Below are positions 41,241 through 52,587 of a stretch of 64,000 nt of DNA, in pieces; position 1 is the first letter of the stretch, and every line of letters begins with the position of its first letter. The stretch is taken from contig OZ024753.1 in NCBI GenBank assembly GCA_964016885.1, positions 28,210,001-28,274,000 on the forward strand, written 5' to 3'. The notes beneath the pieces are model-generated. The model saw only the letters and a list, made by a program, of their open reading frames with translations. It did not search any database and was not told the DNA's origin. The translations under genes and the position numbers were made by a program. Source of the stretch: Eledone cirrhosa (Eukaryota).

Positions 41241-41808
41241 CTACTTGAATAGCAAGAAAGAAAAATATATACTCTGACATAATGTTGTAAGTTCGATTCC
41301 TAGACAGGTTGCTGCATTGTGTTATTGAGCAAAACACTATTTCACATTGCACCTGTACACGTAGCTGAGAGTGAATACCAGCAGTAGCTGGGGAGTTACT
41401 CTTGCGATAGACCAGCATCCTGTCCAGGGAGAGTCTTCTACTCTAAGTTGCTTAATGCCAAGGAAAGCAGGGATAAGCACTGGCCTAATGAGCCTTTGGA
41501 TTAGAACAGACTTTAGATAATTATGACATAATTTCTTCCCTATTTGTTCACAAAAAGTAATGTTTGAAGATGGATAGATGTATAGTTAGATAAATAAATT
41601 CACACACACAGATACATTCATATATATATATACACACACACACACATACAAAGCACGTAATTCAATAAAAGAAAATTCTGTTTTTATTATTATGTATTAT
41701 TTATTACTGATATAATTTTTTGTTATCTACTCAGTTTACTTTTTATATAATTTGTTCATTATTCATTATTTTGCACTCATTTTTATTTCAATGTATTTAA
41801 ACTCCATT

Positions 41809-42024
41809 TCATTTGAAGCACAGAATACATATGTTGTTATCCGTCTTAACATAAGGGTTATCTTTTTGTGGGACAAGCATGTGGTCTGAAGTTTCATTTT
41901 CCCTGCAATAACGAAGCAGTTCCTCTGTTGTTTGACTCAGATTTTCCCGAACCATGCTCTTCTCTCTGCGTAGCTCTTTCACCTCCTCCTTCAGTTGTTT
42001 CTGCATCTCAGCCTGGTAAGACAT
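41809..42024 (-). CDS. Divergent G-protein gamma subunit-like protein C (71 aa, ends CILCFK, no canonical CaaX)
   Basis: LKEEVKELRREKSMVRENLSQTTEELLRYCRENETSDHMLVPQKDNPY aligns with protein B and the GGL pattern; acceptor ctctgctgccatag at 42040-42041; minus-strand AATAAA at 41782-41787. Confidence 0.87.
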   Translation of the reverse strand: MSYQAEMQKQLKEEVKELRREKSMVRENLSQTTEELLRYCRENETSDHMLVPQKDNPYVKTDNNICILCFK

Positions 42025-42344
42025 GCGGAGCTCTATTGCCTATGGCAGCAGAGAGTTGGCAAAAAAATAAGGAGTAAAAGAACAAAAAAAAAAATACAGT
42101 TATCAGCAGAAGGTAGTAATTGGAAGCCATCGAATTGCTTCAGTACATTACAATGAAGGAAGCTGAAGAATATGCTAGGCAATGACAAGAATGACGAGGC
42201 CAAAGGATGACAATGGTAATAAATAGTGATAAGAAATGATGACATTGAAAATGGTCTATGAAGATGTCGAAAAGCCAAAAGATGAGGATTCTGAGAGATA
42301 TGTGTGATGCTGAGACATTCACAAACACCAGGATATATAGATAT

Positions 42345-42523
42345 TGCTGACACAAGAGAGAGAGAGAGAGAGGTATGATGACAAGAGAGAGAGAGACATA
42401 TATGATGACAAGAGAGAGAGAGAGACAGATATGATGACAAGAGAGAGAGAGATATGATGACAAGAGAGAGAGAGAGAGAAACAGAGACAGGTATGGTGAC
42501 ATGGGAGTGAGAGAGGTATGATG

Positions 42524-42588
<65 letters not shown>

Positions 42589-42885
42589 GCAGGTATAAGG
42601 GAGAGAGAGACAGCTATGATGACGAGAGAGAGGCAGCTATGATGAAGAGAGAGAGAAAGAGAGAGGTATAAGAGAGAGAGGCTGCTATGATGAAGAGAGA
42701 GAGCGAGAGAGAGAGAGAGCTGTGATGATGATGTGAGAGAGAGGGGGCAAGTGAGAGCTATGATGATGAGAGAGAGAGAGTGGGGGCAAGTGAGAGCTAT
42801 GATGATGTGAGAGAGTGGGGGCAAGTGAGAGCTATGATGATGTGAGAGAGAAGGGGCACGTGAGAGCTATGATGATGAGAGAGGT
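42345..42885. repeat. (GA)n / gatgatgacaag compound repeat just upstream of the G-gamma C exon
   Basis: Direct inspection. Confidence 0.9.
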
Positions 42886-44381
42886 AAACAAGAAATAAAT
42901 ACAACCTCTGAAAACAAAATATGGCAGTGGTATTGAGATGACAAAGACACAGCAAGAGAATGGTAGCAACAAAATGGCTGAAGTGAAGAGAAAGCAGGAT
43001 GAAGATGATGTCAATGATAAATGATTACGTATGACAATGAAAATATTAACAACTATAATAAAATGATATCAATTATAACAAAACAATAAAATATGATAAA
43101 AGTAACAACAAGTTGCAATAATGATGAAATCAAATATAAAAAAAAAGGAAAAAGAACTTTATAAGGAACAAACGAGCTATGAAATATAGAGGGGGGGGGG
43201 GGGGGGGGGGTTATTAGGAAAGAGTAATTTCAATTAGTAAGTGGAAGAAAGAGAAAGAAACCCTAGAAAAACCAACTAACAAAGGAATTTGGAGTGATTA
43301 TCAAGGCCTACTGTGCTAGTGATTACTCAAATCAGATGAAGAAAAGAAGTGAGTGTACCAGAGTAAAGACGCCCTTTGGTCACAAATGACCATGGGATTT
43401 GCACCTTTCTAGTTCCCCACCGAGGGACAAGTCCTTGAGTGTACTATAAGTTGGATAAAGTATCAACAGGAGTAAAAAGAGTTAAGAAGAAGAAGAATCA
43501 TCATAGGTTTTAATTAATGTAGAAGTGGTTTTGACATGGAAACATTCCATTCGGAATGTTTCCATGTCTATCAAATTTACTTGAAGCCAAGTTCTTCCCA
43601 GGAAATTTCAGGAAATTTCAAATCTCATGTCAGTTTTTGTTAAAGTCATTCTGACACTTTAACTAAAATTGCAACACAGAACTTCTATTGAGGCAATGAT
43701 AAAAACAAAATCTTGCGATTCAGACAATAACAGTAAGGAGTAGCAAGTGTGTAAGATGAGTTAAAAGAAATGTGCAAGGATAAGGAATAGTAATAGAAAT
43801 AATATTAAAAATAAAATAAAATCTGTAAATCTAATTGAATAAGAAGCAGAGGAATTGTAGGAAGAGAAGGAACTGGGAGGAGAGGATTTGGGGTAAGAGA
43901 AAGAACCAGGAGAAACAACTGAAGTATGGAAGTAGAAAAAGAAGGCATATTGAATGAAGAGTAGCAGAAAAAATAATTGATGATATAAGAAGAGGAAGGA
44001 GTAGTTAAAAGTAGAAAGTGGGAGTAGCTAAAAGAGGAAAAAGAAGCAAAAGGCAAAGAAATAATGGTTTCTGATTTAGGTCCAAGCCCAACAATTTGAG
44101 GGGAGGGGAAAGTCGATTAAATCGACCCCAGTGTATTACTGGTACTTGATTTTTTCGATGGAAAAAAGAATAGCAAGTATCACGATTAATAAATACTTGT
44201 TTTTAGTTGAAGTTCTAAGAAGCAACCCAGGAAAATATATAAATAGTAGCAGTTGACATACTGAGAGAGAGGTGTGTGTTGAAAGTAAGAGTAACAGAAG
44301 CCACCTGAGAGCTGAGGAGTATCATGAATTTAAGAGATGAAGGGCTACAAAAGGAGTCAAACTATAAATATCAATGAGTAA

Positions 44382-44720
44382 GGAGGCACATGGCTTAGTG
44401 GTTAGAGCATTGGCCTTGCAATCAAAAGGTTGTAAGTTCAATTCTCAGACCGGGTGATGTGTTGTTTCCTTGAGCAAGACACTTTATTTCACATTGCTCC
44501 AGTTTACTCAGCTGTAGAAATGAGATGATAGGGAGTGGGGTCCATATCATTCCACTTCTAAGTAGTCGTGGAGGTGCCACGGCAAAAAAGCACCCAGCAC
44601 TCACTGTAAATGAGGTTGGTGTTAGGAAGGGCATCCAGCTGTAGAAATCAGGCCAGAATCAGTTCCCGTCCCACCCTTGCAAGCAGGGAAAAAGCGGACG
44701 TAAAATGAAAATGAAAATGA
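44382..44720 (+). mobile_element. tRNA-derived SINE family B (CORE-like central domain, RTE-derived tail)
   Basis: ggaggcacatggcttagtggttagagc (A box), gttcaattc (B box), ccttgagcaagacactttatttcacattgctccag core, tail cccacccttgcaagcagggaaaaagcggacgtaaaatga. Confidence 0.88.
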
Positions 44721-47605
44721 AAGAGTAATATAGAGAAATAATATGAAGAAGAGAAGAGTTATGAAGAAGTTACAACAGGGAATCTGTAGAAGAAGGTGGA
44801 GGAAGTAGAGTGAGAGGAAGAACAGAGAGTAATAAAAGAAGTGGAGTACTGAATATTAAGGAGTATCTGTTGAACCTCTGTTGCTTCTAATGAATACTCC
44901 AATTGATTAAATTAACAGAACAACCTGTTTGTGAACTTAATGAGAGAATTCATCTAACTGATAGAATATAATTACTCAACCGATGAGTACACCAGTTGAT
45001 TCAATTAACGGAACAGCCTGTTTGTGAACTTAACCTGAGAATTTATCTAATTGATTGAATACAATTTACACAACCCAGGAAAATATTATGGGCAAAAGGA
45101 AACATCATATATAAATGAATTGTTTTTGTTGATGATGAAAAGATGCAAAGTAAAAAAAACATAAGGGATTAAAAAGATCTTTTAAGAATATTTATTTAGA
45201 GAAAACAAAACAAAACAGGAATAAAAAATTAAGCAGAAGTAAAAAAAAAAAAGATAAAGTGAAGAAGTGTGAAGGTGGAGGAAGGTAATAGGAATTTTAA
45301 AAACACAACACAGCAACCAAAAAACATCTGCCAGACATTGTTGAAATATATATATATAAATTATATATATACTAATACATATTAGTAATACAGTAAAAAA
45401 AAAAAATAGCGTTATTGATAAAGGTATGTATTTTCATTATCAGAAAACTGTAGAACATAAAATCTACTAGAGGAACGGAGGAAGGAGCAAATCCTATATT
45501 AACAGAACCAAGAAATGTAGGCTCTGCAATGTATAAAGTTGGCTCAATTTGAAGCAACACTAGAGCCACATGATTGCATTTCTCATCTCCACAGCAACAG
45601 AGGGCCTCAGCAATCTGAGAACACTATCTTCTATGTACTTGGTTACTTTACTGATGCCTGCAACATGGCAGTATAACTCTTCCAATGAGGGCCCCCAGGC
45701 AGTCATGTATATATATCAAATGTTTATAATAAACATCCTGTATACAACACATACATATAACACGTGTATAACGCTATATTGGAGCACTTATGCTAAATTA
45801 TATGTGTGTGTATCTATAAGTACATGCTATAAAGGGGTTGGAAGGGCATCCAATTGGAGAAAGGTTGCCAAACAAAAGGTTGGGAGACCCTTCAGTTGTG
45901 TCAAAGACATGATAACTTCTGTAGTGGTGGTGCCTGTCTGGGAGGTTAGTAGATCTGCTTCAGTACGGACTCAGACTGTGAAGATATGACCAACCCTTGT
46001 TAGCAGGGAAAGTGGACATTAAATGGTGATGAAATCAAATGTGTAAAACACACAGTTAATAACCGGTCCCCTTATAAATTAGTAGCCCATACAATAAAAT
46101 ACAAGAATATATTCACCCACACATATCATATACAAGAAGCCAGTTGTAGAATGTATTAACCCTTTAACATTTACATTACTCTATATTTACTATTGTATTT
46201 TCATGGTAAAGGCTTTACCTCACATAATATCGAATCTATGAAGTTTTGATATATATTTTGAGAACAATACATTAACATCAGTATGAGTGGCAGGTTATAA
46301 CTGGTTGGAACAGAAAGAGGTGAGATAATTCTGGCTGGATATGCTAAAGGGTTAAACCAGCTGTATCTGGCCAGAATTCTTTCCCCTTTTTGAAACTGGC
46401 CATAACCAGCAGCTCACACCAATGTTAAGATATTGTCCTTAAAATAAACAATAACATCATTAAAATCCTGTAGTCGAGATTATGCGAGATAATTGTGTGA
46501 GATACAATAGTAAATATAGAGTTTTGTAAATGCTAAAGGGTTAATATGCTATAACACAACATGAATTACATCAAACTACAAACTCACAGTTGAAATATAT
46601 TACACCAGAATGAAGAACCTTCTGATCAACATGCAACCACAGAATGTACTATAATATAAAATGTACTCTGCAATATATAAATTTCAATGTAGTCATCAAA
46701 CAGGGAAATATGTATTTGACATGTTTATAAGTCTATATACTAAAATATGCAAATTTATATACACATTTACAGTCTCGGTTACTTTTGTAGATATATAGAT
46801 ATAAATTTATCATATACTTCAGCTGCTTAGCTCACAAATTAATATACATTTCTGACATATTTAGCATTTGCAAATATATTATCTAAATTTATCAGAAAAA
46901 ACAAAAAAACCATATACAAGGTGTCCCCCAAAAGTGTATACACACTTTGATTACCTGTACAGGCAATATTTATTAGAATGCATAGCCTTTCCCTAAAATA
47001 AAATGTTCTACAGGCATAATTTAAATAATTGTTTCTACTTTAGGCACAAGGCCAGCAATTATCCAGTGCATTACTGGTAAGGCATAATTTAAATAATGCA
47101 TATAAAACAGAATTTATTTTAATGTATTTTGTTGAAGCATGTATGCATTTTTGGGGGGAGACCCTGTATACATAAAACCATCCTCAGCATCATTTTACAG
47201 CTATTTTCCATGCTGGCATGGATGGGTTGGCAAAGTTGTGACATTCCAAGACAAGATAAATTGGATTACTACATCTTGCTCATGCATTCCATATTCTGGC
47301 ATAGTCTGTACAGCGGATGCCATTCCTAATGCCAACCACTTTATAGAGTGTATGTATTGTGTGTATACTGGACACACCGAATGAAATTTCTACCTACTCC
47401 TTTTCTGCATATAGAGCACAGCCATTTATCTCCTTTCCGACTTACTAAAACGTTTGTCTTTGCTAGGTGTATTTTCAGGCTTTTTGGTTCTAGATTTTGT
47501 TCTCATGTAAGAAACTTCTTTCCTAGAGTTTCAGACTGGAACTAGCTGTTGAAACAGCATGAGCTCAGCTGTCGGTTCCCAACACTTTATAATATAGCTA
47601 TACTT

Positions 47606-47755
47606 TACTACCCCAAGTATTGAGTCGAACTAGTTTTAAACTGGTTCTATTCTGATTTATCTCTATATATATAGAGAGATATATAAATTAGAATAGAACC
47701 AGTTTAAAACTAGTTTGACCATTACTCAACAGAGTACTCAATACTTGAGGTAGTA
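47606..47755. repeat. About 150-bp foldback
   Basis: tactaccccaagtattgagt..aactagttttaaactggttctattct pairs with agaatagaaccagtttaaaactagtt..actcaatacttgaggtagta. Confidence 0.85.
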
Positions 47756-48270
47756 TATATATATAGGCACAGGTATTGCAAACACACACTCATTCTTTCT
47801 TTACACACCAATATCTTACTCAAGAGTTTCTTAGAATGAATGAACTCAATTCAAATACTGACCTCTGAATACCACTTCATATCTCAGAGTCAGAGATTAC
47901 CTCAATAATATTTGAATGCTGCAGAAAGCAAATAAGTAGAGGACCAGATAGACAAACAAAGAATTTTCATCAAAATCTCAGTAAATATAATTTATTTTGG
48001 TAAAGTAGTTAACAAAACAAGTGTTCTTATCAAATCAAACAGATAAACTCTAATAACTATACACAAAGATGTTTTATCAGACAATTGTTTGTTGAAAAAG
48101 AAAGAAAAAAATATATCAAATCTCAAAATTGTCAGCAGCCTTTTGCTGACAAGTTTAAGATTTATATGATTTTGAGATATATAAGTAAAGGCTTTTGAAG
48201 ATCTTAATGTAGATATCTTCAATAAAAATAGCAAAACAGTATTTGTCAAAACAAACTGTACTATTAAATA

Positions 48271-48456
48271 CAGGTGAAATTCCATTATAATGACTACCAT
48301 TATAACAAATTTTTCAGTATAACGAAAATCTTTTCAATCCCTGAGGTAACAAACAAATGCTCTATTTGTTTCTGTCGATCCCGTTATAAAGAATTTTTCG
48401 TTACAACAAATTCTTTTTAGGCCCTGTGAATTTTGTTATAACGGAATTTCAGACTG
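48271..48456. mobile_element. Tigger/pogo-like MITE
   Basis: caggtgaaattccattataatga...tgttataacggaatttcagactg degenerate TIRs with internal ataacg repeats. Confidence 0.5.
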
Positions 48457-50895
48457 TCACTGTAGTTTGTTTTACATAATAATGAACAGCAAGGCAGATG
48501 TTTTACCAAATAAATGTATTAGTAAACAGAACCAAAGTTTATCAAAACAATTAGCAGCAATTTAGCCAAATTGATAACTCTAATTCTGATGAATCTATCA
48601 AGGAAGTTTTAGTTTTAAAAAAGATTCAAATCTTTTATTTTTTAATAAATCAAATGTTTAGTAAATGGAATAAAATTTCATCAATCTCAAAAGAAATGAT
48701 TTAGTCAAATAAATACACCATAATGTAGTTATTAAATTGAGGTTTTAGTAATAAACAGGTAGTTCAATAGTTTATCACACCAAAAGGGTTTTATTAAACA
48801 TGCTGAGGTTTTATTAAACAGATAATAAACCGTGTGATACTTCAAACAAACAAGTAAACAAAGGTGTTAGTAAACCAATATATATTTTATCAAACTGGTG
48901 AGGGATTTAGTAAACAGGTATGTTTCAACAGTAAATATTTTATCAAATAAACAATCAGAAGAAAATCAAACAAGTTTCATGGTACAAATAATCAGATGTT
49001 TCAACAAACCAACATCAAGAGGAACATTTTATGAAATAGTTAAAACAAATATAAGGGAAATAAATAGGATATACAAAGGGATGGTAATGGAGTATTGAAA
49101 TAGGTGAGATGGAAAAAAGAAATTCAAGATAGAGATGAGAGAATATGTGTGAGAGAGAAGATAGGTGAGAAAGAAGAGGGGTGAGAGAGAGAGAAGAGAG
49201 GTGAGAAAGAAGGGTGAGAGATATAAGATGTCTAGAAAACATACAAAATTGAATATGATCCTCAACATACAAGCTGTCAAATTGTTGAAATCATCAGTAC
49301 AACATGGCCATTTAGTGAAAGAAAAAGTAATTATGATATTTTCATCAGTTATGAAAAACAATCGGAATATAAGCAACTTTTTTAATATGTCCAACACTAC
49401 TACTAATTTTCTCCAACATCATTTATTATTTTTTATTATAAGTGTGGAAATTGTCGCCAGTGAGTCAAAAACAATTTATTTTTCTGACTTTGAAAGAGCA
49501 GAGAGTGTAAAAGAATTCTTCTGTTTAAATTAACTCCTCTCCAACCCACATCTTACAAGTAATACGTCTGTAGAGGTGCTTATGTTATCATTGAAAATAT
49601 ATAAATTCAATAACATCATTAGAATATGTTCTGCTCTTGTCATATACTTATTTATCTATAGAAAATACTGTTCATTAGACTCAATGTGATATGAAGCTTT
49701 AGTTTAGTCCATCTTTGTAGAGATGGCGCAGAAGACAGAAAGTTGGCTTAACTGTACATTAAAGCTCCAACGTCTGGCAACTGACTTGATGATGATGATG
49801 ATAGCCAATAACCATCTTGAGAAAGAAGTTTCAGGGTCTAGGGTTAGGGATAGGGTTATGAACAATGATGAATTTACCATTGTGCTTAAGCACAGGGCCA
49901 CATTTTCCAGGGGGGAAACATCTTCCTGCCAAAAAACCTTTTGGGGCCTCATAACTTAACTAGCATGGGGCCTCCTTTGTTCTAAATCTGGCACTGGTTA
50001 TGAAGTACTCAAGTTATGGCACCCATAATCTAGTCACAAAACTAGTGCAAAATCAGCCACAAATTATAAAAAAAAAAAATACCACATAAGCAAACATAAA
50101 TTATTGGGTAACATTTCTGGATTTGTTCAGACATTGTTGATTGGCTATATTCACCATCAACCCAGTATATAAATAACACTAAGTGCTTCCTATTACAATG
50201 TCACAGTCAGTATCTTATATCTCATTTGCTCTACTGGATGGAGTCATTAAAAGAAAAAAAAATTATATCTTTTTTTTTTGGTGGTGGGGATTGATATAAA
50301 GCCATGTAAAAGAAGGTTGTTAGCCTTAGTGTGACATTGTGTTTGAATAGTCCCAATATGTACCCATGTATAGAATTGGTAGGTTTAATGGAGAGATAAA
50401 TGTCACAGCTATTGTAGCAATGTAATAATCTGTAGTTTGTTTATGAGAGAGAGACAGTGTGAGAGTGAGTGAAAGAGAGACTGAGAGAGTGGGAGAGAGA
50501 TAGAGTGAGAGAATGAAAAAGTGTGAAAGAGAGAGAGAGAGGAGAAAACTAGTGGAAAAGAGCACATGAAAATCAAAATAGAGAGAGTGTGTGTATATGT
50601 GTGTATTTTTACATGCATATTAGTAAGAGCAAAGACAGGAGGGAAGAGAAAGTAAAAGAGTATGTGAGTGACATAGGTTTGTTGAAAGTGAACTGATACA
50701 ATTGAAGGAGAGATAGTGTGCATGTGAATATGAAAGAGGGTGTGAAATAGCATCAAGTTTTTACATAAACAAGTCACCATGTATATATATATATATCCAG
50801 GGAGTGTAACGCGGAGTTACTGTAGGTTCACCCGGGTAAGCACTCGATGTTTAGGTTCACTTCTGTATCGAGGTGTAGAGTTAGACAGGGTGTAT

Positions 50896-51156
50896 TATAA
50901 TAAAATAAAACAAGGACAAGTAGTTACTCCTTCATTACGTTTATTGGTTGGTGACATGTGTTTTGCCACCAATCAGCTGAAGGTTCGAGCTGTATCGATT
51001 TTTTCATTACCACTAAAAGGGTCTGACGAGCCGCAGATTAGAGTCGGGCTTGAACAATACAGATCAAACCTTGAGCTGATCGGTGGCGAAACGCGCGTCA
51101 CCAACCAATAATCATAATGAAGGAGTAACCACTTGTCCTTGTTTAATTTTATTATA
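50896..51156. mobile_element. Penelope-like inverted pseudo-LTR / retrozyme-like fragment
   Basis: About 90-bp inverted repeats (50896-50985 vs 51067-51156) overlapping the hammerhead motif. Confidence 0.6.
51020..51102 (+). ncRNA. Hammerhead ribozyme motif with extended stem II
   Basis: ggt-CTGACGA-GCCGC...GTGGC-GAAA-CGCGC-GTC-acc; stem II extended by gattag/ctgatc and tcggg/cttga; palindromic stem III acgcgcgt; GUC cleavage triplet. Confidence 0.75.
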
Positions 51157-52153
51157 TATATATATATATTTTGTTATACTTTGGGAGGTCCGTGGTGCCA
51201 ATAAACAAGATGGTGTAGGACAGAACAAAGAAGAGATACAAAATAATAAATCAGTCACAGAATATGTGACGAAAGAGCTTTAAAAATAAATAAACAGTCA
51301 TCTGGTTGTTGAACCAATCAATTGGAAATTTGTAATAAATTGAAGTGAAAACCAACAGGTGCGTATGTTTTTATTGGTAGCATGACCCTCCCGAAGTATA
51401 ACAATGTCTGTTTCCACACGTTTTCAGATAAGAAATCTTGCAAAACAAATTAAAAAATGAAGTGTATGTGTATATATATGGGTGTGGTGGTGGTGGTGGA
51501 GAGAAATAAATTGTAAACAAAATAAAACAACAGTAAAAAGTAATTTAATAAAATTTATAAATGAACTAAACATAAAAAATATGAAAACCATGTCTTTAGT
51601 TTTAAACCTATTCCATTATTATCATAAGGCAATAAATTTGGATATTTGCAACAGATTTTATAAATAATTTTTACAGCTTTATAACCCTTTTAATATCAAC
51701 CCACTCGTAAATTCGATATTATGTGAGATGATAATGTAAAAGAAAGTGTTTACCATGAAAATTCAATAGTAAATATAGAGTAATGTAAATGCTAAAGGGT
51801 TAAAGATAATGTATACACCTGAAAAAATTATCTAATTAACAATACTTATCTCAGACATTTCAATATGTAGTTGTGCTAAAGTTAATCATTTGCTTTTTTT
51901 TTGTCTTCAGTAATTCTATAAATTTGCTTTTAATACATCTAAAAGGGTTGGTGCCAAAAAGAGCATCCAGCTGTAAAATATTGCCTCAAAAAGGATCCCA
52001 TGATGAGTATGATGTCGATCATGGAGCCCACAAGGGTAACCCCTGCATTAGCAGAGAAAATGGCCTTTAAACTTGTTATTGTAGTCAACACTTCATTCCT
52101 AAACCAAATCCCTAAAAAAAGTTAATCAACCATGTAAACTTACAAGAAATAAC

Positions 52154-52330
52154 TGTTTCTACTTTAGGCACAAGGCCAGCAATTACCCAGTGCATTACTG
52201 GTACTTTATTTTATCGACCCCGTAAGGATGAAAGGCAAAGTCAACCTCGGCGGGATTTGAACTCAGATCATAAAGGGACGTAACTATGCTGGAAAGCATG
52301 GCGTCCGACCCTCTACTGATACTGCCAATC
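52154..52330 (-). mobile_element. SINE family A with 18-bp TSD
   Basis: Reverse complement of the 29815 copy; TSD aaacttacaagaaataac at 52136-52153 and 52331-52348. Confidence 0.9.
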
Positions 52331-52527
52331 AAACTTACAAGAAATAACATATACTGGATATTGAGAAATATCTGTAAATAATCCTGCTCAACAGGTTTGA
52401 CAATAATGTTTACACATTTACACAGAGAAGTGGGGGAGGTGTTTAGACTTAGTTTTCACATACAACAAACATTGTAAGATATCAAAGAAATATAAATATA
52501 TGAAATGAAGGGATGTAAGTAACTCAC

Positions 52528-52587
52528 CTTTATAGGCTTATTTCAGTCTAATCAGCAGGTTTACTTCACTGAAGTAGTGGATGGCAG
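52528..52587 (-). other. Candidate 60-nt non-coding (5'UTR) exon upstream of the G-gamma cluster
   Basis: Minus strand atttttcttcttctccttgtag|CTGCC...ATAAAG|gtgagt: strong acceptor and strong donor 60 nt apart in non-repetitive sequence. Confidence 0.45.

Noticed and set aside
42033-42824. 263-aa S/L-rich ORF adjoining G-gamma C
   Set aside because: Translation of (GA)n compound repeats; a splice acceptor at 42040 separates it from the exon
43191-43210. G20 homopolymer as a G-quadruplex element
   Set aside because: Simple homopolymer of uncertain assembled length with no supporting context
44382-44455. tRNA-like sequences (also 8695, 29815, 53476)
   Set aside because: A and B boxes are present but continue into SINE bodies without a proper cloverleaf; these are SINE heads, not tRNA genes
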